This document shows, in pieces, positions 25,961-35,015 of a DNA stretch of 46,316 bases. The position numbers and the translations under genes were made by a program. Position 1 is the first letter of the stretch. Every line of letters begins with the position of its first letter. Below the pieces are notes generated by a model, which had not been told where the DNA came from, ran no database searches, and was given only the letters and a program-made list of their open reading frames with translations. Origin of the DNA: SAR324 cluster bacterium (lineage in GTDB: Bacteria; SAR324; JACQKK01); NCBI GenBank assembly GCA_022573975.1, contig JACZSY010000002.1:1-46316 (forward strand). The letters are read 5' to 3'.

Positions 25961-26926
25961 TCATTCCTTTGGCCGGTCCATAAACCATTCCACCATTTCA
26001 CGCAGTCCCTCGTTCACGGTGAAAGGGGGATGCCATTCCAGCAGTTGGCGGCATTTTTTTGCATCCACCACCAAGGACCCGCCCAACCTTTGCCAAGCCT
26101 GGCTCTGACCGGTGAGGCGGGCCATGGCGCCCAAAACGGCCGAAGGCATGGGGAAGAGGCGCGCGGGACGGTTCATCAGCTGGGCCAACTTCTTGATCAG
26201 ACCGGGGGTGGACAAGTTATCCCCATCCGATACCAGAAATATTTCTCCTGCCGCGGATGGATGAGCAATACAGCGATCGATCAAACTCGCGAAATTTTCA
26301 ATGCCCAAGAAACTGCGCTGGTTTTTCACCCCCGCCAGCGGCAAGGGCGCGCCCCGCCGTACCCAATGCAACAATCGCAGAAAATTGCCTTTCACTCCTG
26401 GGCCATACATCAGGGGCGGTCTGAGCACCACCGTTTCCAGTCCCGATTCGGCTGCAATGGCCAGCAGGGATTGCTCCGCATCCCATTTGGATTTTCCGTA
26501 AGGGCCGTAAGGATTGACTGGATCGCTTTCCCGGAAGGGACTTTCGGGCGTTGAAATTCCATTCACGACGATGGTGCTGGTAAAAACGAACCTGCGCACT
26601 CCGGCTTCCACCGCCGCTTGGGCCAGCCGTTGTGTGCCAAGGGTATTTACCTGCCGATATATCGCGGAGGAATTTCCTTCCGTTTCCCTGAGCACATGCG
26701 CCATTCCCGCCAGATGAACGATGGTATCCACCCCATCCAATGCGGCTGACCAGTCGGGTTCTCCGAGAAGGTCTCCGACAACCGCATTTGATTTCATGTC
26801 CGTTCGATCGCCTGGGTTTCCCCCTTCTCGAACGGTACCCCTGACCGGATAGCCTTTATCCCGAAGATAGGCGCATATTGCCCGGCCGGTAAAACCGTTG
26901 GCGCCGGTTACCATTACCATTTTCAT
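25961..26926 (-). CDS. NAD-dependent sugar epimerase/dehydratase (SDR family)
   Basis: VMVTGANGFTGRAI Rossmann motif and YGKSK (YxxxK). GGAG RBS before the ATG at 26926. Confidence 0.88.
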   Translation of the reverse strand: MKMVMVTGANGFTGRAICAYLRDKGYPVRGTVREGGNPGDRTDMKSNAVVGDLLGEPDWSAALDGVDTIVHLAGMAHVLRETEGNSSAIYRQVNTLGTQRLAQAAVEAGVRRFVFTSTIVVNGISTPESPFRESDPVNPYGPYGKSKWDAEQSLLAIAAESGLETVVLRPPLMYGPGVKGNFLRLLHWVRRGAPLPLAGVKNQRSFLGIENFASLIDRCIAHPSAAGEIFLVSDGDNLSTPGLIKKLAQLMNRPARLFPMPSAVLGAMARLTGQSQAWQRLGGSLVVDAKKCRQLLEWHPPFTVNEGLREMVEWFMDRPKE

Positions 26927-27250
26927 CTTTTTTTTCTCCGGCGGCCGATAACCATGGCGGGGCAAAAAAACCGGGTTTAAAAATCTGTTTCATGGTCATG
27001 ATATCCCGGCAAGGTGGGATGGCGAAAATATTTTCATGATTCATGGTTCGCCCGGGATATCTCCCATACCTAACACGAAGCGCAAGGCGTGATAGAATGT
27101 TGAAGGGAAGAATACAACACAATCCGGCCGCACGGCGATTTGGGCTGCCGGCCTCCGGCATCGCAATCCGCCGCCGCCGGCGGCCTCTGGGAGGGGCGGG
27201 CGGTGGATTTGGGACGATGCGGCATGACCTGTGGTTTCCGCGTCACCCGT

Positions 27251-29227
27251 TCAGGCGGACATCTCCCCTTCGCTGGAACGAAGGTTTTCATGCCAGCATT
27301 GAAACATAAGGATGCCCCAGAGCAGGTATTGCCAGTTTTGCGAGCCTGTCAGATGTGCGCGCCATTTCTCCTGGATGGGCCTTGCATTCAGGTAACCTTC
27401 GCTCCGAATCCGCTCCGGGTCCAGCAGGGCTTCCGCCCAATCGCGCAACGGGCCACGCAACCAGTCGCCGATGGGCACCCCGAATCCCATTTTCGGCCGC
27501 TCGATCAATTCCCTTGGCACAAACTTGTGCAACACCTGCCGCAACAGCCATTTTCCGTTGCCGTCGCGGAACTTCATCGCCGTTGGGACGCGCCAGGCGA
27601 ATTCCACCACCCTGTGATCCAGCAACGGAATGCGCGTTTCCAGGCTGACCCCCATGCTCGCGCGATCCACCTTGGCCAGGATGTCGTCGGGGAGGTAAGT
27701 CAGCGTGTCCAGGTACATCATCCGCCGGCGCGCATCGGAAAAATCCTTGCGGGAGGATGCGTCCGTGAGGGGTGTGGGAGGTTCATTGCCTCCCACCACC
27801 ACCGCTTCCGGGTCTTTCCAGTTGGACACCAGCCCAAAGTACATTTCCTTCTTGAACCGGAGCAGGGCGGCCAGTTTGTGCAGCTTGTCCTCCGGGTTGG
27901 AGACCCGGAATTTTCGAGGCATGACAGGCCCCAGCATTTTCAAAAACGCGTTCCAGGCCCAGGGCGGGGGCCCGGTGAGCAGCAGGGCCAGGCCATCGCG
28001 CAGGGAGCCGGGCATCCGGTCGATGATGTTCCCCAGCCGCGGGGCCCAGAGATAGCGGTTGTATCCCCCGAACAGTTCATCCCCCCCGTCGCCGGTCATC
28101 CCCACGGTGACGTGCCGCCGGGCCAATTGGGAGACCAGGAAGGTGGGGATTTGCGACGAGTCGGAGAAGGGTTCGTCATAGAGCTGGGGCAACCTGGCAA
28201 TGACATCCCGCGTTTCGGACGGTGAGACGTACAGCTCCGTATGGTCCGTGCCGAGATGCGAGGCCACATCCTTGGCGAACCCGGCCTCGTTGAACGCCTT
28301 CTCATGGAAGCCGATGGAAAAGGTGCGCACCTTTTTCATGCTCTGGGCCTGCATCAGGGCCACGATGGTGGAAGAATCGATCCCGCCGGAGAGAAATGCG
28401 CCGAGGGGCACGTCGGCCACCATGCGCAGGCCCACCGCATCGGTGAGGAGCGTTTCCAGTTCCGCCGCCAGCTCCGCCTCCGAACCGGTGAACGGAGCGA
28501 GTTCCCCCTGGGAGGCCACCGCCGGGAAATTCCAGTACGCCACGGGATGGCCCGGGGAGTTGGGGCCTTCCCGCGCGGAAAAAACCGCCGAGGAGGCCGG
28601 GGGCAGCTTGCGAATGCCTTGAAAAATGGAATAGGGCGAGGGGATGTAATTGTACCGGAAAAACAGGGTCAGCGCATCCCGGTCGATCTTTGGCGCAAAA
28701 CCCGGATAGGCCCGGATCGCTTTGAGTTCCGAGGCGAAGAACAGCACGTTGTTTTGCCAACCATAATAAAGGGGTTTTTCCCCCAGCCGGTCCCGCGCGA
28801 TGCGGAGCAGCCGTTCCTGGCGGTCCCACACGGCGAAGGCGAACATGCCGTTCAGGCGGGGAAGCGCATCGGTCACACCCCACTGGTCGAAGGCGGTCAG
28901 CATCACCTCCGTATCGGAATGGCCGCGAAAAGGATGGCCCAAGGCCTCCAACTCCCGCCGCAACGACTGGAAGTTATAGATTTCCCCATTGTAGGTCAGC
29001 ACGTACCGTCCGCTGGCCGAGGACATCGGCTGATGGCCGTGGTGGGAAAGATCGATGATGGACAGCCTCCGATGGCCGAAGGCCAGACCGCATTCCGGAT
29101 CGCTCCAGACCCCATGGCCGTCCGGTCCGCGGTGGCGGATGGCGCGGGCCATTCCGGCGGCCAGCGCCTCCAAGGCATCCTTGCCCTTGCGGCCCGAAAA
29201 ATCCATGAATCCAGCGATTCCGCACAT
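27251..29227 (-). CDS. asparagine synthase (glutamine-hydrolysing) family amidotransferase
   Basis: MCGIAGF N-terminal nucleophile, SGGIDSS PP-loop, 658 aa. Embedded in a polysaccharide cluster, so a WbpS-like sugar amidation role is possible. Confidence 0.9.
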   Translation of the reverse strand: MCGIAGFMDFSGRKGKDALEALAAGMARAIRHRGPDGHGVWSDPECGLAFGHRRLSIIDLSHHGHQPMSSASGRYVLTYNGEIYNFQSLRRELEALGHPFRGHSDTEVMLTAFDQWGVTDALPRLNGMFAFAVWDRQERLLRIARDRLGEKPLYYGWQNNVLFFASELKAIRAYPGFAPKIDRDALTLFFRYNYIPSPYSIFQGIRKLPPASSAVFSAREGPNSPGHPVAYWNFPAVASQGELAPFTGSEAELAAELETLLTDAVGLRMVADVPLGAFLSGGIDSSTIVALMQAQSMKKVRTFSIGFHEKAFNEAGFAKDVASHLGTDHTELYVSPSETRDVIARLPQLYDEPFSDSSQIPTFLVSQLARRHVTVGMTGDGGDELFGGYNRYLWAPRLGNIIDRMPGSLRDGLALLLTGPPPWAWNAFLKMLGPVMPRKFRVSNPEDKLHKLAALLRFKKEMYFGLVSNWKDPEAVVVGGNEPPTPLTDASSRKDFSDARRRMMYLDTLTYLPDDILAKVDRASMGVSLETRIPLLDHRVVEFAWRVPTAMKFRDGNGKWLLRQVLHKFVPRELIERPKMGFGVPIGDWLRGPLRDWAEALLDPERIRSEGYLNARPIQEKWRAHLTGSQNWQYLLWGILMFQCWHENLRSSEGEMSA

Positions 29228-29574
29228 CGTCAATCCGGGTTTTGAGATGAGAGGCCGCCGGCAACCCTCGACGATCCGTCAGGGTGAAAGGCCGTGCCGC
29301 ATCCTGCTTGCCGGTTTAATCCTAGCAGGGCGCCTGGGGAGTTTCCAGGAGAGGCGGATGGGCCGGGGCGGTGGCCGAATGGCTGGGTTTGCAAACGGAC
29401 ATGCCGAACACGCGCGCTGGGGGGGATTTTGCGGAAAAACCGGAAAAACCCTTCCCGATACCAGTACCGATTCCGTGGCCGCCTCTGTGCATGGACTCCT
29501 GTTACTATTCCTTCATTTTCGTTTCTCACCCAACCGGCCAACAGTCCAGTTTGAACGATAACGCGCTCGAGTGG

Positions 29575-30606
29575 ATGGCGGCCCTGCTTCCAGGGGCAGT
29601 GGCGGCGATGGCGGCCTTGGGGGCGGCCTGGTTGCTGCTGCGCCCCAACGGGTTGATTCAATTGCTGGACCGGCCGGGGCCTCGCTCCCTGCACGATGTG
29701 GCCAAGCCGCGCACCGGCGGGCTGGCCATCTGGCTGGGCGTGACGGCGGGCTGGCTGGCGGCCTGGGCGCTGGGGTGGAGCGTGGCGGACAATCCCTACC
29801 TGATCGGAGGATGGGCGCTGATTGCCGCGGTTTCCCTGGCGGACGACCTGGGGGGGCTGCCCGCGCTGCCCCGGTTCGTGGTGCACTTTCTGGCCGCGGC
29901 GATGCTGATCCCGGCGGGCTACGGGCTGCGGGAGATGCAAGTTCCCGGCGGATGGACCCTGGCGCTGGGGGCCGCGGAGATCCCGCTGACCCTGCTGCTG
30001 GTGACCTGGCTGGCCAATCTGTACAACTTCATGGACGGCATGGACGGCTTCGCGGGGGGCATGGGGGCCATCGGGTTCGGCTGGCTGGCGCTGCTGGCCG
30101 GCCTCCAGGGCCACGAAGCCCTGGCCCATACGGCGACCCTGATCGCCTTGGCCAATCTGGGATTTCTAGCCTTCAATTTTCCACCGGCCCGGATTTTCAT
30201 GGGCGACGCGGGGGCGGTGCCGATGGGTTTCGCGGCGGGAGGATTGTCCTTGTGGGGCATTTCCGCCGGCGCGTTTCCCTTCTGGATTCCGGTGATGATC
30301 TTCTCGCCCTTCATCGCCGATGCCACCGTGACGCTGCTGTTGCGGCTTTCGCGCGGGGAGAAGGTCTGGGAAGCCCACCGTTCGCATTATTACCAAAGAC
30401 TGGTGCTGTTGGGGTGGGGCCACCGGAAAACCGTGCTGGCTGAATACGGGGTGATGGCGGCCGCGGGAGCCACGGCATATGTGTTATCCTTATGGGGGAA
30501 TTCCCGGCTGGAATTGGCCGCCCTGGCCGGATGGTTTGCTTTTTACGGCACGGCGGCCCTGGTCATTCGCCGTACGGAACAGAAAAAAAGCGGGAAAATA
30601 CGATGA
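29575..30606 (+). CDS. WecA/MraY-family polyprenyl-phosphate N-acetylhexosamine-1-phosphate transferase
   Basis: PRTGGLAIWLG, NLYNFMDGMDGFAGG and FMGDAGAVPMGF are signatures of the family. Multi-pass membrane protein. Confidence 0.88.
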   Translation: MAALLPGAVAAMAALGAAWLLLRPNGLIQLLDRPGPRSLHDVAKPRTGGLAIWLGVTAGWLAAWALGWSVADNPYLIGGWALIAAVSLADDLGGLPALPRFVVHFLAAAMLIPAGYGLREMQVPGGWTLALGAAEIPLTLLLVTWLANLYNFMDGMDGFAGGMGAIGFGWLALLAGLQGHEALAHTATLIALANLGFLAFNFPPARIFMGDAGAVPMGFAAGGLSLWGISAGAFPFWIPVMIFSPFIADATVTLLLRLSRGEKVWEAHRSHYYQRLVLLGWGHRKTVLAEYGVMAAAGATAYVLSLWGNSRLELAALAGWFAFYGTAALVIRRTEQKKSGKIR

Positions 30607-32501
30607 TATTTGAAATGTGGGGCCAAATCCGCAACCGGATCGCCGTTTTGCTTCATGATTTGCTTTGGGTTCCGGTATCCTTGTTCCTGGCTTTCTCCCT
30701 GCGATTCAATCTGGGCCCTATCCCACCTGAGCAATGGCTCGGCTTTCTCTGGATGGCCGGATGCGCGATGCCGGTTTTTACCGCGGCTTTCTGGTTCTTC
30801 GGATTGTACCGGGGCACCTGGCGGTTCGTCTCGATTTCGGATTTGATGCGTCTGTTCAAAACCGTGGCCCTGGGCGTTTTGGGCACCGCCCTGCTGGTCT
30901 TTCTGTTGCGGCGGTTCGAGGGCGTGCCCCGCTCCGTGCTGATCCTTTTCCCCGTGCTGCTGGCCCTGGGCCTGGGCGCTCCCCGGCTGGTTTACCGCTG
31001 GGTATTGGACCGGCGCATCGGTTTTTCACCGATGGAAAGGCAGCGGGCATTGATCGTGGGCGCCGGGAGGGCTGGTGAAATGCTGCTGCGCAACATGAAG
31101 CGCACCGGCCATCACGTGCCCGTGGCTTTCGTCGATCCCGACCCGGCGATGAAAGGCAAGGAGATCCATGGCGTGCGCGTGGTTGGCGGACTGGACGACA
31201 TCACCAACATCGTCCAGCGCACCTCCGCCGGAATCGTGATTCTGGCCATTCCGGAAATCCGGCCCGAGGACCTGAGCAAGATCCTGGAAATATGCGTGAA
31301 GTTGGCAATTCCCTGCCGCACCATCCCCCGGCGCGACGCGTCCGGCGAGATCATCGTGGACGAAAACAAACTTCGCCCGGTGCGGATCGAGGACCTGCTG
31401 GGCCGCGACCCGGTGGTGTTGAACATGGAGGGAATTTCCCGCCACCTGCGGGGCAAGCGGGTGCTGGTCACCGGCGGGGGGGGCTCCATCGGCGCGGAAC
31501 TGTGCCGCCAGGCCGCCGCCCTGGAACCCGAGACCCTGATCGTGCTGGACAACAGCGAGTTCAATCTTTACGAGATCGACAGGCACCTGACGGCCAACCA
31601 TGCCGGACTGGAATTCGTGCCCCTGCTCTGCGACGCCAAGGACAAGGAAACCCTGGAGTGGGTCTTCGCCCGCCACCGGCCCCAGATCGTCTTCCATGCC
31701 GCCGCCTACAAGCACGTGCCCCTGCTGGAAACCAACACCCTGCAGGCCGTGAACAACAACGTGATGGGCACGATCACGGTGGCCGGGGCGGCGCACCGGC
31801 ACGGATGCGAACAATTCGTCCTCATTTCCACCGACAAGGCGGTGAACCCGACCAACGTGATGGGCGCCACCAAGCGCGCGGCGGAAATCTACTGCCAGAA
31901 CTTCAACGCCCGCTCCAATACCCGTTTCATCACGACCCGCTTCGGCAACGTGCTGGGTTCCACCGGTTCGGTGGTGCCCCTCTTCGAATCCCAGATCGCC
32001 TCCGGCGGCCCGGTCACCGTGACCCACCCGGATATGGAGCGCTATTTCATGACCATCCCCGAGGCGGTGGGCCTGATCCTCCAGGCGGCCACGATGGGAA
32101 AAGGCGGCGAGATTTTCGTGCTGGAGATGGGGCGTCCGGTGAACATCCTGCATCTGGCCGAGCAGATGATTCAATTGGCCGGCCTGAAACCCTACCGGGA
32201 CATTCCCATCATCTTCACCGGGCTGCGCCCCGGGGAAAAACTCTATGAGGAGTTGTTCCACGAATCGGAAGGGTTGATCGGCACCAGCAACCCCAAACTG
32301 CTGCTGGCGGGCTTTCGCAATGTGGAATGGGAATGGCTGGAGGCCGAACTGGCCGCGCTGGAGGAGATCGCCCAACGGCTCGATACGGAGGCGCTGCCCG
32401 CCAGTCTGAAGCGCATCGTGCCGGAATTCAACCCCGGCCAGGATCTCTCTTCCCCGCCCGGCCCCGGCGATGGAAAAGGCCAGATACGACTGGTGAAGTG
32501 A
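30603..32501 (+). CDS. membrane-anchored nucleotide-sugar 4,6-dehydratase/epimerase (CapD/WbpM/PglF family)
   Basis: N-terminal TM helices, then VLVTGGGGSIGAEL and the C-terminal Polysacc_synt_2 pattern (FVLISTDKAVNPTNVMGATKR). ATGA overlap with the upstream gene. Confidence 0.9.
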   Translation: MIFEMWGQIRNRIAVLLHDLLWVPVSLFLAFSLRFNLGPIPPEQWLGFLWMAGCAMPVFTAAFWFFGLYRGTWRFVSISDLMRLFKTVALGVLGTALLVFLLRRFEGVPRSVLILFPVLLALGLGAPRLVYRWVLDRRIGFSPMERQRALIVGAGRAGEMLLRNMKRTGHHVPVAFVDPDPAMKGKEIHGVRVVGGLDDITNIVQRTSAGIVILAIPEIRPEDLSKILEICVKLAIPCRTIPRRDASGEIIVDENKLRPVRIEDLLGRDPVVLNMEGISRHLRGKRVLVTGGGGSIGAELCRQAAALEPETLIVLDNSEFNLYEIDRHLTANHAGLEFVPLLCDAKDKETLEWVFARHRPQIVFHAAAYKHVPLLETNTLQAVNNNVMGTITVAGAAHRHGCEQFVLISTDKAVNPTNVMGATKRAAEIYCQNFNARSNTRFITTRFGNVLGSTGSVVPLFESQIASGGPVTVTHPDMERYFMTIPEAVGLILQAATMGKGGEIFVLEMGRPVNILHLAEQMIQLAGLKPYRDIPIIFTGLRPGEKLYEELFHESEGLIGTSNPKLLLAGFRNVEWEWLEAELAALEEIAQRLDTEALPASLKRIVPEFNPGQDLSSPPGPGDGKGQIRLVK

Positions 32502-32542
32502 GCGCCATGGGGCCGGTTCCCCTCAACCGCTCCATCCGCCAC

Positions 32543-32594
32543 AAAAACACCGCCGAAAAACACCGCCCAAAAACACCGCCGAAAAACACCGCGG
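32543..32594. repeat. 4 x 13-nt tandem repeat (AAAAACACCGCC + 1 nt) in the convergent spacer between capD-like and cpxA-like genes
   Basis: Units start at 32543, 32556, 32569 and 32582. Confidence 0.95.
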
Positions 32595-32620
32595 CAAGCC
32601 CGGTCTTCCGATAAAACCCC

Positions 32621-34129
32621 TTACTCCTGCCCGGTCAGCACGGGCAGCCACAGCCTCACGGTCAATCCCCGCCCCTGCGGCCCGGGCCGCGCCTCGGCGC
32701 CCCCTCCGTGGGCTTCCATGCAGCGGCGGGCGATGGCGAGGCCCAGCCCCACGCCTCCGGTGGCGCGGGAGCGGGAGACGTCGGCGCGGATGAAGGGCTG
32801 GAAGATGCGCTCCAGCAGGTGCTCCGGCGCCCCCGGCCCCTGGTCGGTGACGTGGAACACCAGCCTGGCACCCTCCAACGCGGCCCCGGCCCGCACCGCC
32901 GACCCCGCGGGGGCGTGTTCCAGGGCGTTCCGCAACACGTTGCCCAGCGCCCGCGCCAGCAGCCGCCGCTCTCCCTGGATCGCGGGCAGCCCGGCTTGGG
33001 GCCCCGAGTCCGCCGGAAGTTCAATTTTCAGATCGCGCGCCAGGGCGTCGTCCCGCAATTCGGCGGCGGCCTCCTCCAGCAATTGGGCGGGCTGGATCGT
33101 TTCGCGCTTCAATTCATAAGGCGCGATTTCGAGGCGGGAATAATCCAGCAGTTCCGCGGCCATGGCCTCGATGGCGTCCGCCTGGCGCTCCAGCCGGTCC
33201 AAGGCGTCCGAGCCACCCGCGGGCGATTCCGGCGATGCTCCCACGGATGTTCTTGCGGATGTTCTTGCGGATGTTCTTGCGGATGTTCTTGCGGATGTTC
33301 TTGCGGTGGCTTCCTGCCGGGCCAGTTCCAGGGCCACCTTGAGCCGCGCCAGGGGCGAGCGGATTTCGTGGGAGATGTCGGCCAGCAGTTGCTTGTGGCC
33401 CATCACCAGTTTTTGCAGGTTGTCCGCCATGGCGTTGAAGCGCTCGCCCAGGCGCCCCACCTCGTCGCGGCGGCGCAGGTCGATGCGGGTGGAAAGGTCG
33501 CCCCGGCCCAGGGCGTCGGCGGCCTCGGAAAGTTTTCGCAGCGGCCGGGAGAGATGGGCCGCCAGCGGCCAGCTCAAGGCCCAGGCCACCACCAGGATCG
33601 CTCCCAGCCCGGCCAGAAGATGCCACGAGAAAGCGCCCTGCCGCCAGAATCCCTTTTTCATGGTGATGAAAAAAATGCCCTTCTTCCCTCCGGGCAGGTC
33701 GATGGGCAGGCCCAGGGCCACCCGCCCCCCCCGGTGAAAATCGATCAGATTGCCGTCTTTTCGGATGGCGGCGCTTTCCGCGGCGCTGGGGAGGATGGCG
33801 GCCGCGCCCCGGCCATTGGGGGGCATGGCCACCATCACTTGCGAAGCCGGCCCCAGCACGCTGATGGAAAAGCGAGTGCGCGGGGCCAAGGGAGCGATGG
33901 CGTCCTGGAGTTGCGCGGGGGGCATCCCGCCGGCCAGCAGATTGGCCAGGATGTCCCGGCCGATGCGCGCCTCGGAGAGCATCCAGGAGGAAAAATTCCG
34001 CTCGTGGCCGCTGTCGGAAAGCACGATCATGGTTCCCGAGGCCACCGCCACGCTGACGGTCAGCGCCACCAGGATCCAGAGGTAAAATTTGACGATCAGA
34101 TGCCGGGAGATCAAGTGCCGGAACATCAT
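32621..34129 (-). CDS. CpxA/EnvZ-like sensor histidine kinase (TM-periplasmic-TM-HAMP-HisKA-HATPase)
   Basis: The H-box is ADISHEIRSPLARL, the N/G boxes are LRNALEHAP and GGVGLGLAIARR, and there is a HAMP segment. AAGGAG RBS before the ATGATG at 34129. Confidence 0.88.
   Translation of the reverse strand: MMFRHLISRHLIVKFYLWILVALTVSVAVASGTMIVLSDSGHERNFSSWMLSEARIGRDILANLLAGGMPPAQLQDAIAPLAPRTRFSISVLGPASQVMVAMPPNGRGAAAILPSAAESAAIRKDGNLIDFHRGGRVALGLPIDLPGGKKGIFFITMKKGFWRQGAFSWHLLAGLGAILVVAWALSWPLAAHLSRPLRKLSEAADALGRGDLSTRIDLRRRDEVGRLGERFNAMADNLQKLVMGHKQLLADISHEIRSPLARLKVALELARQEATARTSARTSARTSARTSARTSVGASPESPAGGSDALDRLERQADAIEAMAAELLDYSRLEIAPYELKRETIQPAQLLEEAAAELRDDALARDLKIELPADSGPQAGLPAIQGERRLLARALGNVLRNALEHAPAGSAVRAGAALEGARLVFHVTDQGPGAPEHLLERIFQPFIRADVSRSRATGGVGLGLAIARRCMEAHGGGAEARPGPQGRGLTVRLWLPVLTGQE
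33245..33304. repeat. 5 perfect copies of a 12-nt in-frame repeat (ggatgttcttgc), encoding (ARTS)5 in the turn of the DHp helical hairpin of the kinase
   Basis: Read directly in the sequence. Located ~20 aa after the phospho-accepting His. Confidence 0.95.
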
Positions 34130-34205
34130 GGGTTGTGCTCCTTGGGGCCGTGAGACCATGGGCAGGATGAAACCGCCGGTGTTCCGGTCACAGTGGCGCG
34201 CCGGA

Positions 34206-35015
34206 TCATCCCCCGGACTGGGCGATAAACTGGTAGCCCACCGAGCGCACCGTGCGGATGAAGCGGGGATGGCTGGCGTTGTCCCCCAGTTTTTGCCGAA
34301 GATGGGAAATGTGCACGTCGATGCTGCGGTCATAACTCTCGAAATCGCGTCCCCGCACCCGGTCCATCAGCGTGTCACGGCTCAACACGCGCCCCGCGTC
34401 CCGCGCCAGGGCGCACAACAGCGCGAACTCCACCGTGGTCAATTCCACTTCCCTTCCTTCCAGCACGGTTCGGTGCCCGGAGACGTCCAGCATGAGCGGC
34501 CCCTGGCGAATCTCTTCCGCCGGCGTTTCCTGCCGGGCGGCGGAATCCCCGGCGGCCGAATCCCCGGCGGCTGTTTCCAGCGTGCGCTCCGGCGGCACCG
34601 TGCGCTCCGGCGGCACCGTGCGCTCCGGCGGCACCGTGCGCTCCGGCGGCACCGTGCGCCTGAGCACAGCCTTGATGCGGGCCGACAGTTCGCGCGGGTT
34701 GAACGGCTTGGGCAGGTAATCGTCGGCCCCCATTTCCAGGCCCACGATGCGGTCCACTTCCTCGCCCTTGGCCGTCAGCATGATCACCGGGGGGCCGCCG
34801 CCGCGCCGCAGCTCGCGCAGCACCTCGAAGCCGTCCCGGTCGGGAAGCATCAGGTCCAACAGCACCAGTTGCGGGTGCGAGGCGCGGACTCTCTCCAGCC
34901 CCTGGTTCGCGGTATGGGCCACCTGGAGCTCAAAACCCTCCCGCCGCAGAAAGTCCGTCAGCAAGTCTCCCAGTTCCTGGTCGTCGTCGATCAGTAAAAT
35001 ATCGCGCTGGCTCAT
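34206..35015 (-). CDS. OmpR/CpxR-family response regulator with an expanded repeat-containing interdomain linker
   Basis: REC is ILLIDDDQELGDLL...VLLDLMLPDRDG...MLTAKG and the wHTH is ELTTVEFALLCALARDAGRVLSRDTLMDRV. The linker is ~50 aa, against the usual ~10-15 aa. Confidence 0.9.
   Translation of the reverse strand: MSQRDILLIDDDQELGDLLTDFLRREGFELQVAHTANQGLERVRASHPQLVLLDLMLPDRDGFEVLRELRRGGGPPVIMLTAKGEEVDRIVGLEMGADDYLPKPFNPRELSARIKAVLRRTVPPERTVPPERTVPPERTVPPERTLETAAGDSAAGDSAARQETPAEEIRQGPLMLDVSGHRTVLEGREVELTTVEFALLCALARDAGRVLSRDTLMDRVRGRDFESYDRSIDVHISHLRQKLGDNASHPRFIRTVRSVGYQFIAQSGG
34536..34565. repeat. 2 x 15-nt in-frame repeat (ggcggc[g/c]gaatcccc), encoding AAGDS-AAGDS in the regulator linker
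   Basis: 14/15 identical, with a third partial unit following. Confidence 0.85.
34581..34660. repeat. 4 perfect copies plus a partial copy of an 18-nt in-frame repeat (cgtgcgctccggcggcac), encoding (TVPPER)4 in the regulator linker
   Basis: Units start at 34581, 34599, 34617 and 34635. Confidence 0.95.
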
